A stretch of 64,000 nt of DNA from Lytechinus pictus (taxonomy: Eukaryota). A model generated the notes under the pieces. That model saw only the letters and a list, made by a program, of their open reading frames with translations. It did not search any database and was not told the origin of the DNA. The DNA lies in the NCBI RefSeq assembly GCF_037042905.1, contig NC_087246.1:61194001-61258000 (forward strand), in the 5' to 3' direction. Below, piece after piece: positions 13,701-26,769 of this stretch (position 1 is the stretch's first letter; each line of letters begins with the position of its first letter). Made by a program: the position numbers and the translations under genes.

Positions 13701-14006
13701 AATGAACTTCTCATAAAGGCTTGGATCGCCCGCAAGACTGATATGGAGAGGAAGATAAAGCTTAGCGAAGTGAAGGAAAAGAAAGAAAAACAGAAAAGAA
13801 GGACCGAAAAACAGATCGCCGCAGAGAGTGCCTTCACTAAGTGGAGACTCAACAAGGAATGGGAGGAACTGGTCAGGTTAAGAGAAGGGAAAGAATTCTT
13901 TGATCCGGCTCTGAAGGCCACGAGAGTGAGCGTAAAACGATCAGCAAGAAAACGAATGCAATCTGCAGGTCGTAGTAACACGACAAACTTGAAATATGGA
14001 TCGTAG
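7458..14006 (+). CDS. ANKRD60-like protein: ubiquitin-like domain + ankyrin repeats + disordered linker + coiled-coil tail (755 aa, 7 coding exons)
   Basis: Exons 7458-7719, 8475-8658, 9300-9432, 9840-10125, 10572-10786, 12378-12664, 13106-14006; all introns GT..AG with matching phases; total 2268 nt. DMTIHQLKSAIEFSVGLP (Ubl), MFIAAHRG, GRTPLHIACAMGNGGCIDTLLQHGA and EAERRMVLY resemble my recollection of ANKRD60. The start ATG is uncertain (several nearby Mets). Confidence 0.85.
8025..8269. mobile_element. CAC..GTG MITE with 2-bp CA duplication, inserted in a (GTA/GCA)n microsatellite
   Basis: TIR CACTGCAAAAA..GGTGTTGATTTAACACCAGCC / GGCTGGTGTTAAATCAACACC..TTTTTGCAGTG. Confidence 0.8.
8475..8658 (+). 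CDS. ANKRD60-like coding exon 2
   Basis: TTTACAG|GG acceptor; GDRVNVILEYGFEELVSGAVSG...FIAAHRGFHYLIDK; donor AA|GTATGT. Not in the ORF track. Confidence 0.85.
9300..9432 (+). CDS. ANKRD60-like coding exon 3 (ankyrin repeat)
   Basis: MLDDGAHPDSITPAGRTPLHIACAMGNGGCIDTLLQHGANTTLK; canonical TPLH motif; donor AAG|GTATGT. Confidence 0.9.
9840..10125 (+). CDS. ANKRD60-like coding exon 4
   Basis: TTTTCAG|GAT; DANNKTPAQLA..., then a Ser-rich stretch; donor G|GTAAAA. Confidence 0.85.
10572..10786 (+). CDS. ANKRD60-like coding exon 5 (acidic linker)
   Basis: CACAG|GT acceptor in phase 1; donor GTG|GTAAGC. Confidence 0.75.
11322..12275 (+). mobile_element. Helentron-type non-autonomous element (HINE/pearl/Tsp-like) with internal ~162-193 bp tandem repeats
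   Basis: Subterminal IR TCACACCTGCAT / ATGCAGGTGAGA, (GGC)n microsatellite near the 5' end, repeated GTCACATGACCAAGGTCAAAGGTCA at ~11530/11723/11885/12047, ends CTTGT in a T-run. Confidence 0.75.
12378..12664 (+). CDS. ANKRD60-like coding exon 6 (Pro/Ser-rich linker)
   Basis: TTTAAAG|ACA phase 0; donor AG|GTAATA. Confidence 0.7.
13106..14006 (+). CDS. ANKRD60-like last coding exon (coiled coil with WxxxK repeats)
   Basis: TTTTTGGCAG|C phase 2; open frame continuous with the 13305..14006 ORF; TAG stop. Confidence 0.8.
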
Positions 14007-17000
14007 ACATTCGCTTATTAATGGTAGTTCCAGTTTTGGATAATCGGACTTTAAAGCTTGCCAAATTTTATTTCACCCCGCATTGCCTTTCGTCAAGTGT
14101 TGCAGTTGAAATGTATTTCTATATTCTATAATTTTGATATATATTTCCGTCTTGATAATCCATTCCATTTCGATGCAATAATGTAGATACATTTTAATCA
14201 CACTGATGCAATTTTTAACAAACGTTTAAAACGGTATATTGAAAGTAATTATTCATCGATCTTCGTCAAAAGTTTACAAATCATTGTCTGATATTTTGTA
14301 TTTGACTGTTTGATGGCGCTTGATATATCAAATCATGGCATAACGGTGGGGTTGATTTCTCATCACGACCGGAGGAGGATATGTGACGTTATCCCCGAGA
14401 AATAAGGGTGATTTGGATGCAAGATAGGGTAGCGGCCGAACAAGAAAATAACCATACACCTATATGATAGTATTTGCTCATTAGTCTTCAAATTCCTGAG
14501 AACATGACCCCAGCTGCCTGGGAAGCGTCCACCCCCCGGTCACCGGATCACCGTCTCTGCTTATAACGGGATTATACATGTTCAGACTTCGATTTAAACC
14601 GTACATCGGTCATGTTCAATTTTAATCATTTCACCTATCTTTAATCGTATTTGTGTGTGTATGAAATGCACCTTTCATTCAGCTGCACTCTCAAAAATAA
14701 AATCTTGTCATTGATAAAAACACGTTTCTCATTCTTAGTGGAGTGAAACGTAAATATAAAATAACCACTCAGTTTAAAAAATACATGTTTCATGTATATA
14801 CAACCGATCATCAAATTTTTTTTGCTTTCCGAAACCAACTTGTTTTACAATCATTTTTTTGTTGTTACCATCTATATAATAAGAATAAGCGTACCTATAT
14901 AGCAAGGGAGAAAAATAACTCTTCGTGGTCGAAATGATAATCTGTCACCAAAACTCTTAATGGATCTTAGAATCATTTTTATTTTGTATATCTGGTCTAC
15001 TATTAATGTATAAACGAGCGACGTAATAGAGTGAAACAAGGATTTTTGGTAAAAAAAAAAAACAATTGTCAAATTAGAAAATAATTATACTTTTTTTAGA
15101 TATCTAAAAATATTTTTTTATTGCTATCCAGCCGAATAAGTCTGTCATGGCGACATTTTTGGCATTTAACCTGCTGTCCAAAATCAAGTCATGATCTGAT
15201 GTAAGAGCAAAATGACCCTTACAAGTACTAAAGGAATAATTCACTTTACGCTTAAAAATTAATATAACGTACATTTTGTGTAAAACTATTGGGGCTAACC
15301 AGACTCTTTAATGCAAAATAAATTAATGATGCATGTTATCGATGCTAATGTTATTGAATAAGAGTGATCACTCTCTGAAATAATCTTGAACTTGGATCTT
15401 ATGAGAGATGGAAGCACTCGATCAAAAAAAAATATTAATTTTGTCCATACTGCAAACGACCTCAATTAATTTGAAGCATTTTATTCGCGAGAATCAATAC
15501 CCCCCCCCCCCCATTAAGATGTGGGCGCCACAAAGAAATTCCTTAATCGTCTCAAACTGAAAAGGGGTCTACATTAATTATGTTTTCACCTTATTTGTCA
15601 CAATTTGAACATATCATAATTCCGATGGTACATTGCAATAAAGATCGATTCGTAAATATGGTGTCTTATTTTGTTATTTTCGTGACAGTAGTCTAATGGA
15701 GCGTACGCAGAAACTTTCAATGAATTACAAGTCAAATTTGGTTCCCAACATCAACATGATCAATCATATATCTTGCAATCCATTGCAAATTTGCACTCAC
15801 TTGCTGTTTTTCTTTTTAAAGTAGGAAGTTCAAATTGATTTGATATACTTAAACATTTATATATTGATTGTAAATTTGCAAATATTTTCTAGCAACCCCA
15901 TATTCTCAAAATTGTGCCCCTAGAGGTCTAGTTCTTGACCGTGACCTCGAGATCTGAAATACTTAACATTTCCTTAGGAAGTTGGGGTGCTGAAGCACCC
16001 CAAAAAAATTACCTGGAAGTGCTGCGTGTATTATCCTCCATGGGCAGCACCCTTAAGATATGTAACAAAAATGAAAAATGTGACCAAAATGACTTTTTTT
16101 CTTTCCAAAAATTACTCAGGACCAATTTGATATCCATTTTGTAGTGAAAACCCCCTTTGGGGCTTTTTTATTTTCTTCTTCTTACCTCATATATAAAATT
16201 GCCCTAACGGTGACAATATTTTTAAAGGTTTGTCCCCATGACACTTAAAAGTTTAGTTTGCATTTCGTTAATTTTATGCAACTTTTCCACTTACATGTAC
16301 TTATTTTGGTCTATGTATCCAGCGCTTAGAAACAATGCGTATTAAGCGCTTTATAAATGTTGTTTATTATAAATTAGGCCTATTATTGTTATAAATCATA
16401 TCAAAATTAAAAGGGGTCTAGATGTTATCACCTAGGTTGCCACCATTTAAATACAAACAAAGAGATACCAAGTTGAGAACTCATTAAGCAACTAAAGTAG
16501 CACATGGTGGATAATTCTGTTCATGCGTGAAATACGAAAGAAAAAAAATGAATTTCTGACATCATCGACTCTCTCATAACATGATCGAGCTGAATTGTTA
16601 TGATATTCTGCCTGAAAAAAAATGTCACCTTTTATCTTAAATACTACAAATGCATCTCATTGAATACCAAAAATGATAAGAGTGAATCAGTGAATCAAAA
16701 TTTCTAGACATAGGGACGCAAAAACTGGACATTTAAATCAGTTTGTAATCGTAAACAGAAAATAGGGGCCTATACCTTGTCAAAAACATGTTGCGAGCGG
16801 GAAAAAAGAGCTTCAAAATTGTCATTAAGCACAATCTGTAACCGTGAACAAGTTATATTTCTTTTTTTTTAAGAATAACCCTTTCACGGGGAGAGAACGG
16901 ACTCTCGATTCTAACATACTTACCCAGACAACTTTAAGCATTTTATTGTAAGCACGTACGAATAAGATATGTTTCTCATTATAGAAGAGTCAATAGCGTG

Positions 17001-17085
17001 TTTCCGCACATCAACTCGAACAGACCTCTGCGACGCCAGCAGATTTTTTAAGAGACTTTTGGCCCCGTCGGAAATTACTGTTTAA

Positions 17086-17555
17086 AGGGGAAGTTCACCC
17101 TGAAGAAAATTTTGTTGTAAAAATAGCAGAAAAAAACAATAAAAATATTGGTAAAGATTTGGGGAAATTCCATTAAAGATTAAGAAAGTTATTGGAATTT
17201 TAAATTTTGGATTTGTGTATCATAAAAGAGCAACTGTTCCATTTGTTATATAATATAACATGCATAACTTTCAATTTGTTAATGGTTCGTTATGACTTTT
17301 TTTTTTCGTTTTAGAAACGGGTGTAAACAAATTAAGGTACAGTAAACACCATTTTAGATTTTATGAGAAAAACTGAAGACATTTCATTGATTTTAACCAT
17401 ACGATATATAGTAAAGCTGCTTGTATATGACGTCACAAATTAAATAATCAAAATTCTAATCACTTTTTTTTTCTTTGATGCATATTCCTAAGTCCTCCGG
17501 CAATATTTTTTGTGCAAATTTTACAAGAAACATTTTGTCAGGGTGAACTTCCCCT
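17086..17555. mobile_element. TTAA-flanked MITE (Kolobok-like)
   Basis: TTAA|AGGGGAAGTTCACCCTGA ... TCAGGGTGAACTTCCCCT|TTAA. Confidence 0.85.
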
Positions 17556-18249
17556 TTAATAACCATTTCGCGAATCCTGCACCGAAAGTTGTGTGACATT
17601 TGAAAATCCCTTCTTTCACATATACGACCGCTCAGGCTAGCAGCCCGGGAGTGCAACAGGCTAGATATTCCTGAGAAGCGCTACATTATGGCATCGAGAA
17701 GACAGTAGTTCTTCAAACAAATCGAGGACATTTCAAGGGAGAAAAAACTTACTGAAATAAGCAGGGGCGGCGGATCGAAGTTGATAGTGGGGGGGGGGGG
17801 GGGCACAGGGATAAAAGGGCACATTTTCTTTCGAAACTGGCACTATACGTTAAAACAAAGAAAAATGAAGGTGGCGTAATGAGCCAAAAATTTTGAGGGT
17901 GCTAGATGTCATATCACGTAAAATTTAAAGGATTTTACGAGCGAAGCGAGCGAGGAAAGTTTTTGACATTTTTATAACGAAAATACAATTTTGTGATAAA
18001 TTTTGACATGATATTCAGAAAAAATAATATATTTCACCCTTCTCTCTTTCCTTTTCTTCTTTTTTCTTGGTCGTGATTCTTTTTTTTGGGGGGGGCAAGA
18101 GGCCCCCCAGCCCCTCCCCCCCCCCCCATCTGTATGCCACTGCTTATCTACCCTAATCACTTGACTCTTGAAACTTAAGGCACGTAGGATTATTCTTACA
18201 AGTTTTTTTCCTTCATATTAAGTAGTAATAATTGTTTTCTTGTTTCAAA

Positions 18250-18760
18250 GGGGCACTCATTTTCACATACAAAGGGTCCCTCTTAGGTAAAAGGGACACA
18301 GAACACATTCGAGAGGGGGCATTTTTTGGTAAAAATTGGCACTATATGAGAAAAGGCACTTGGTAAACGGGTCCTCCTCAGGTGAAAGGGGCACAGTAAA
18401 CGTTCATGAGGGGGCATTTTTCTTGCGTAAGGGGGCACTCGCTCACACATAAAAAAGGGTCCTCAGGTCAAAAGGGCACAGTTGGCAATGGTACGAGAAA
18501 TGGCACTTGCTAACACATTCGTTCTCTGATGAAAGGGGCAGAGAGCACGTTCGTGAGGGGGCACTTTTTTGGTAATGGCAATTATACGACAAAGGACATG
18601 GTCACACATAAAACGGGTCCTCCTCAGTGAAAGAGGCACAAAACACGTTCGAGAGTGGGCATTTTTTGGTAAAAATTGGCACTTTATGAGAAAGGGCATT
18701 TTGTAAACGGGTCCTCATCAGGTGAAAGGGGCACAGTAAACGTTCGTGAGGGATCATTTT
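18250..18760. repeat. Diverged tandem repeat, ~85-bp units
   Basis: Recurring GGGTCCTC..CAGGTGAAAGGGGCACAG..ACGTTCG.GAGGGGGCATTTT. Confidence 0.75.
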
Positions 18761-19111
18761 CCCACAGGATCGCCGCCTCTGGAAATAAGGCATTACAGTC
18801 TATCGAATCGGTATTGCATCTATAAAGCTAGGGTTACGTCGGAAACGAATCAGCTGCGAATCCATCCGAATACTCGTATTCGGGTGGTTTCGGGAGTATT
18901 CTGTTCTCACCTCCGCGAAAGCGAGAAAATTCGGGAGGGATTCGGGAACATTCGCTGAGGAGTTCGGATCCTTTCGAAAAGTTCAAAAGCCAGCCGAATA
19001 CCCTCCAAAATGCTCCCGAATGTGACCACAACAAATTTCATTCGGGCCCCATTTGGGATGTATTTGGATCGATGACATTTGGTTGGATTAAGGGAGCCAT
19101 TCGGAGTATTC

Positions 19112-22100
19112 TAGACTAGACCCATTCTGGAAAAAGAGGCCTACATAAACTTTAAGAAGCATTTTGGGGTAAAAGTTGGGAACCGGACAATTTCACACAA
19201 TTCAAATATGCTGAATCTGATAAGATCGGTTCCCAAGCTAATTTCTCATGTTTTGACCACCTAATTTGCATAAACAAAATGGCTGCCAAATTGACAATTC
19301 AGAATATTATTTCGACAATGTTCTTTAATAATATTCGTTTTCACAGACATGAAAACTGCAAAATCCTGCATACGTACGTGTACCTTTCGGGAAAACTTGT
19401 TATTTTTGTTTGCGGCTAATTAATTATGCAAATTTATGCATATTTTGGATCATTATGCTATAATTTGATAATTTCAGCTCAAATGTTTATATTTTTGGTA
19501 CAAATAGCATTTAAATCATTATAAATAATGTATTTTTTTTATTTCTTATGTACTTCTTTGTATTTTGTACCTTTTGTTTTGTACATGTTTTGTTATGGGA
19601 TCTGTCAAATTATTGATTATCAATGGCAGAAAATCATAATCTTCAATGATTTAATTATGTAATCACTTTTTAACATTTTTTATTCGCATATTTCCATGGG
19701 AAAAACAGATGCACCCACTCCCACACCCACATCTGCATACAAAGGTAAACTCCTGCAATTTAAAAGCACACTGGTGGAGATCCAACGAATTTTATTCAAG
19801 CGAATGTCACTATTAATTGCTAAATTTTTTATTATAAAATGGTATCTTGAATTATGATATCAATCAATTCATTCATATTTACAATTTTAGATGATGAATT
19901 ATTAAATTTGAATCATAATAGTACTGTAATTCTCAACTCCTAATAGTCAATCAGTTGCATTTAATATCCTTTGGAGTAGTTATGTTCCTGACCAACAGAA
20001 TCTGATCACACATACATGTATATATATTTAGTGTTTTTTTCTTCAGCAAAATGAAGTGAAAACAGTCTGCTGAAAATGAGATGTCCTGTGTTTCTCTCCA
20101 TTACGCTTGTCAAATGTTTTATTGTCCCAATTTTGAAAAAAAAAATGGAACTGAACCCACATATAATCCACCTAATTTCTCATTTTGCCTATCAATTAGA
20201 CCGTTTTCCGTGTTTTAAAAGCCAGACTGTGATGTTATAAAGTTCTACAACGAATAAGTCACTGCATATCCTTTTAATAACAATTTTTTATCATTGGACT
20301 TCATTAACGGATTACATGTGCATCTCCATTATATATCTTTTCCGATGCAGTACTGCACCTAACCTATCTAGGATTGCCGCTTCATCCAACTTAGAGGCAT
20401 CCAGCTTCCCCCAGCTTGATATACACCTTTACCTTCGGCGGCGGGTGATGAATGATCAATGTCAGTTATCATCGATTTGGTGTTCCATTGGATGGTTTGA
20501 TTGATAGGGCAGACTCATATTATAAAAGTCATCTCTAATTGTTGAAATCAAACCAATTTAGTACAAGTATTCTGCGGAGGCAGTTCGTATCGAAGTCATC
20601 GTGTTTGTGTTCTTGTGATAATTTATGTCCGATTCTCATGTCACAGATCCATAGAGAAAACCTAAACTTTTGTCTTGAGAGAGAATCTGCTGTCTAACCA
20701 GATGTTGTTCCAGGTGTTAAAATGCTCGGAGTGCACCTTTTCAATACCGCAGTGAATTGTCTAACGTCTTCTAGGCCATTTATCGAACTTCTAATATTCA
20801 CACATCTTCATATCTTCATAAGATAGACTATTTCAAATTGATAACGAAGATATCTTTCAGAGGATGGTGGGTTCTTGGCATGTTTGGCGTTCATGCAGGT
20901 GATTATCAATCCACTTATTTTGATCGGTATTAAACCCTACAGCATCCAATAGCTTACCCAGCTCTGATAGGCTGCATGCGAGTCTGAGATATCACCATCA
21001 AAGTCTAGGTCGAGAATTTCTTCGATTGTAGAGCCAGGATTTCTCTTTCTATGAGGAAAGCAGTTGCCTAAGTTATGTTTGACTTGTCAACCGGTTTTGA
21101 TACCAGTGAACATGTCATTCTTCTTGGGAGACTGACAGTCTGTTTTGGAATTGATGATTCTGCACTCCAATGGCAGGTTTCCTCTTACCTTGCCAACAGA
21201 GCTGTATGAAGCTGTATTCATCACTGGCATGCAGTCTCCTGTGACTACCCTTTGATATGGAGTTCCTTGGGAGTCTGTCCTTGTCCCTTGTTCTTCAAAC
21301 TGTACATCACTCCTCTTGGCTCTATAATGTGGCAACATGGTCTTGGTATACACTTCTATGCTGATGACATCTAGCTGTGTACCTCACTTTTGATCTAAAA
21401 GTTAAAGATACAGAGGTTCGTGCAGCTGCTGTTGTAGGTGCTGCCATTGAGGATTCGATGTTGGATGAAGGTCAACTTCCTGGAGCATAACAGTAAAAAG
21501 CGAAGTTTTGTCATCTCCATATATGCGTAATTATTATGACTACAACTCCAGTATTAATAGGTGAGGAAGCTACATATCTCCAGTATGCAATGCTAGATCT
21601 CTTGGCGTAGTCTTTGATAGAACAAGGGGGATGAAGAAACACACATGACATGTCTGCCAATCTGCATATTACCTGCTCCACAGCATTGCTGAGATCAGAC
21701 ATTGTCTTACATGCGGTGGTGCGGAAAATATCATCCATGACCGGATAACCTCTAGACTGGACTTCTGCAACTGTCTCCATGTTGATTTACCTTCAACAGG
21801 CATCTATAGCACTTTTTAACCATAGGACACACTGTGAAATTTTGTTCTGCATTGGGCAGGGACTGGACTGGAAACCTTCTTGTTTTGCCCATGTTTTAAC
21901 CATGGAGCTAATCTGTGTTTAGCCCCTTGTTTTTTTTATCATTTCCTCTTCTGTATTCAGTATCGTTCGTCAAAGAATCTTCCAAGGCAAGGACTGGGTA
22001 GAAGCTGTGGTTTTCAGTTATCACTTTGATGGTTGACTTGGGGAAAATGTATCGTTGCAAAATAAATAAATAAATCAGTAATGACCAAAAAAATTAGTAA

Positions 22101-23133
22101 GCGATCCAGTAATACATACCCTTTGCATTTATTACAAATTGTTCTTTGGTTAACTGCCATGATTGCAGTTCTGATGGAGCTGAATCAAAGATATAATTTT
22201 GGATGTTAACTATGTACTGATACTTATATCCGATTAATAAACTACACTGCGTAAATCATACGTTTAATTGATTATTAGATCTGTTTTAAAATATCTTAAT
22301 ATATCTATTTCAAGAATTTAAGTTCAGCATGATTACAGGTTTTCCAACTTCTAACTCTTCTTTTCTTACGGGTTAATTGAATTTGGTAATTGTCATGAGT
22401 ATAGGATCAGCATCAATGTTTTTATATTTGGCATGTCTAATATACCTTGCAAGTATATTACTTTCTATATACAGGTGTGGGTGTGTGAGCATGTGTGTGT
22501 AATTGTTCCTGAGTACAATTAACAGTTGTGGCAAAAGAAGTTTATCAAATGATTCTATCATTGAAGCTTAAAATTTGTTTGCCATTGATATTATTTTTTT
22601 AAAGATCTCATATCAAACATATACAAAAGCAAATGGCAGAAAATACAAGAACACAAAAGAAATATCAAAGAACAATAAAATACATATAAAATTGACTTGA
22701 GTATTATATTTAGGGGCCAAATAATTATCACAATGATACAAATGCTATTTGTACCCAAAATAATAAACATTTTAGGTGTAATTATCAAATTATAGCATAA
22801 TATTGCAAAATATGCATAAATTTGCATAATTAATTAGCCGGAAACAGAAATAACAAATTTTCCCGAATGGTACATGTTCAGTATGCAGGATTTTGCAGTA
22901 TCCATATCGGTGAAAGCGATTATTATAAAAGAATAGTGTAGAAATAAGATTATAAATTGTCAATTTGGCAGCCATTTTGTTTATGCAAATTAGGTGGTCA
23001 AAACATGAAAAATTGGCTTGGGAACCGGTCTTATCAGATTCAGCACATTCAAATTAGGTGAAATAGACCAGTTCCCAACTTTAACCCCAAAATGCTCCTT
23101 GAACTCAAGTTCTCCCCATATTGGTCTGGTCTA
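19112..23133. mobile_element. Foldback-like element with long diverged inverted arms
   Basis: 19112-~19770 is the reverse complement of ~22440-23133 (e.g. TTTGACCACCTAATTTGCATAAACAAAATGGCTGCCAAATTGACAATT), with weaker similarity further in; TA at both ends. Confidence 0.8.
21170..21800 (+). mobile_element. Degraded L2-type LINE reverse-transcriptase relic
   Basis: GVPWESVLVP (eroded [10 protein letters not shown]) at ~21259, HFYADD at 21351-21368, SRLDFCN at ~21751; stops and frameshifts. Confidence 0.7.
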
Positions 23134-23439
23134 TATTTCAGAAGGGGGAGGGCAAAGTGATATTTCACATGGCGCCAAATTCATGTTCAACCGAGGGCGC
23201 CAAATTGACCTTGAACTTAGGGGGCTCCATGCAATTTCATGTTCGACCGGGGGCGCAACATTGCTCGTATTGCCTGTTTATAGTGAAATTTATTTCCTGC
23301 CCAAAAAGGTTAAATTAATGCGGCTGAATTAAAATATCCCGTTTTTACGATAATAGAAAAAAATCAATGTGCTCGAGTTTGAAGTTTGTTTGGCGAGATA
23401 GGTATCTTGTTCAGGGTCAGAAAAGGGGTTAATATCAAA

Positions 23440-26400
23440 TTCAGCTGGCGCTACGCGCTCGCAATATTTGATTAGTGAGGTGTGTATCCTCTCCATCGAT
23501 CACACGTACATAAGTCCTTAAAATGTTAGTGTTTTTCAAGTCAATATACATAGGCCGATCCAGGGGGCAAAGTTTTTGCCCCCCCCCCCCCCATGGTGGA
23601 GCAAAAAAAAAGGAAAGAAAAAAAAAGACGAAGAGAAAAAGGAAAAACTTTTAGAATAGGAATTATACGTTAAAAGAGTCCTTCTTAAGTCAGTATATAA
23701 AAAAAATGAGCTCGCGCTTCGCGCTCACATCACTATTTAGTTATGTACGCATCCCGACCTCACAATTTTTTTTATGCGAACGAGAAGCACAAGCTGAAAA
23801 TAGTTTATATTCTAATCTAACGAATGAAAATGTCCTTTTCATTTTATCATAAAAAAGTTTTCAGCTAGCGCTTCTCACTCGCATTCATTTCTTAAAGGAC
23901 AAGTCCACCCCCAAGAAAAAATGTTGATTTGAATAAATAGAGAAAAATCGAACAAGCATTATGCTGAAAATTTCATCAAAATCGGATGTAAAATAAGAAA
24001 ATTATGACATTTTAAAATTTTGCTTATTTTTTACAAAACAGTGATATGCACAACTCAGTGACATGCAAATGAGACAGTCGATGATGTCCCTCACTCACTA
24101 ATTCCTTTGTTTTTTATTGTTAGAATTATACAATATTTCATTTTTTTACAGATTTTACAATATGGACCAACTTGATTGAACCATTTAGTATTAAACAATG
24201 CTAATTGCTCATGTTCAGGGAGGAATTAATCGTTGTTTCACACGACAACGGAGAAAAATTGAATATTTCATATTTCATATACTAAAATACAAAAAGAAGT
24301 AGTGAGTGAGTGATGTCATCAGTCTCCTCATTTGCATACCCACAAGGATGTGAATATAACTGGTTTGTGAAATTAAGCGAAACTTTAAAATGTTGTAGGC
24401 CTACCTATTATCTTTGTGTATTTCATATAAGATTCTCAAAATATTCCTTTTCAGGTGCCTCGATTGCACGTGCCCCCCCCCCCCCCAACAAAAAAAACGG
24501 GGAAAAGGAGAAAAAGAGGGAGAAAGGAAGAGAAACGTAATGGGGAAAAAAGAAATTATTGTTTATTATAATTTTATATTATATTATCATAATTATGTTA
24601 CATAAGAAGCATTTTTTTCATGACTTTATGAAACAGTTTGATCAGGGCCTATGTCTTCATTGTTCCTGGTGCTCGCATAGACTGTTTAACGAGATGTATA
24701 ATCCTGTTGTACTAAAACATCCCGTTTTCAAATCAATATACACCAAATATATTTCCTCGCAATTCGAGTTATTATTGTTTTATGTCGTGACATTTGCTTC
24801 TTTTTCATGACTACTTAAAGTGATTGCCCAATTTTAAGGTCTTTATATAAAACATTTCCTGTCCGTGCTAACGTTCGCATTAGTTGATTGGTGAGATGTC
24901 TGCTCTTCATGAATTCCTAAAATCAGTCCTTAAAATGTCAATTTTTCTGATCTGAATATCAAACATTTTCAGCTCGCGCTTCGGTTAGTTAAATACGTAA
25001 GGACTTAGTGAATTCCTATAAACAAGCCTTAGAATACCCCTCTTCAGGTCTGAATTTCATAAATTTTCAGCTCGCGCTTCGCGCTCGCAGTATTTGATTA
25101 GTGAGATGCGTATGATAATCATGATTACAATGACTACAAAAAGTGATTCATATGTTAAGATGTAATTCTAACAAAACCAGCAAAGGATGGCACTATCATT
25201 AGATGACTATGCTGAGATATTTATATCTTAATGGATACCTAAAATATTTAAATTAGTCCTTAAAATGTCCCTGTTTGGGGTCAATATATACAAAAATTTC
25301 AGCTCGCGCTTCGCTCTCGCATTGTTTGTTTAGCGAGATAGGTAAGTTTCACGATTACAAACAATTTTCTTATAATGTCCCTTTTAGGTCTGAATATCAA
25401 AAATTTTCAGCTCGCGCTTCGCGTTCGCATTATTTAATCAGTGAGATGCTTATCCGTTTAATGACATTGCATGTCCTTAAAAATTCTCTATTAGGTCAGT
25501 ATACCTGGCAACTGAGCACGCTCCCTAAGTGACACCAAATTTGTGGTGGTGCCCCCCCCCCCCCCCCCAATGCCGTGACCCAAGGTACGCCACTGTACCT
25601 ATATATTCTATAACAAACTACTTGAATTCCCCCCATTTAAAAATTTCGGATCGCGATTTGCGCTTGCATTGTTTGCTATAAATGTATCAACCCATGAATC
25701 CTGTTCATGATTACAAAAAATATAAAATATCCAGTTTTTCAGGCCTCATGCACTGTCAACAAATTTCACGCACTCATTAGGCTTATTAGTTTAATAAATA
25801 TGAAATAAAAAAAATTATGAATTCATAACTAAATTGTCCCCTTTTTCAGGAAGAGGAATAGAAGATAGGCATCATTTTTATATAATGACAAAATGTCCTT
25901 AGGCCTAAAATGTCTCGATCCTAGTTTAAAAAAATAATAAAATATCAGTTCGCGCTTCGCGTTCGCATCATTTACTATGTGCTTTCCACATCCACTTCAC
26001 AATTCCCCTATATACACAGTGCTTTAAATATTGCTTAAATTGACCCATTTCATATCGGAATTTCAAATATTATTTCCAGCTCGCGATCCGCGCTCGCATT
26101 ATTGATTTTCATGATGAAAAATGAAATGTATTCAGAATGCCCAGATTCTGTCTAAGTCTAAAACACGTGCACGCATGTTTATTAAGATACGCTTCTTGAT
26201 CTTATTCAAAACGTGCTAAAATTATCCATTTTCAGATCAGAATATAAAAAAATGTCTGCTCGCACTTTGCGCTCGCATTATCAATGTAGGAAGATACCAA
26301 AAACTACCCATCATTTTTCATGAGTGACAAAACATGAATCGAGTGTCCCGTTGGGGGTTTGAAATCTAATTTTTTAGGTTGGAATATCAAAAATGTTCAG

Positions 26401-26738
26401 CTCGCGCTTCGCGCTCTAATTATTTAATCGTTGAAATATGTATCGTCTTAATGGCTAACTGCAAAACTTGCTTAACAGGTCCCTTTTCGACCAGGCCAGA
26501 ACGCACATTAAAAATTTCTGCTCGCGCTTCGCGCTCGTAGTAATTATCTAGTTACATACGCATCTTGTTCAGGTTCACAAACATTGCCCAGAATGTTCAA
26601 TTTTCAGGTCAAAATACATGAAATTTAATTATTTTTTTATCTCGCATAGGGCTTAAGAGATTATTGCACATTCATGTTGTTTATAAAGTAAAGCTAGGAA
26701 ATGACTGTTAGGACATGGGCGTTTTGCCCCCCCCCCCC

Positions 26739-26769
<31 letters not shown>

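Noticed and set aside
13376-13981. 201-aa antisense ORF
   Set aside because: Shadow of the Lys/Glu-rich sense exon; F/S/L-rich with no recognisable motifs.
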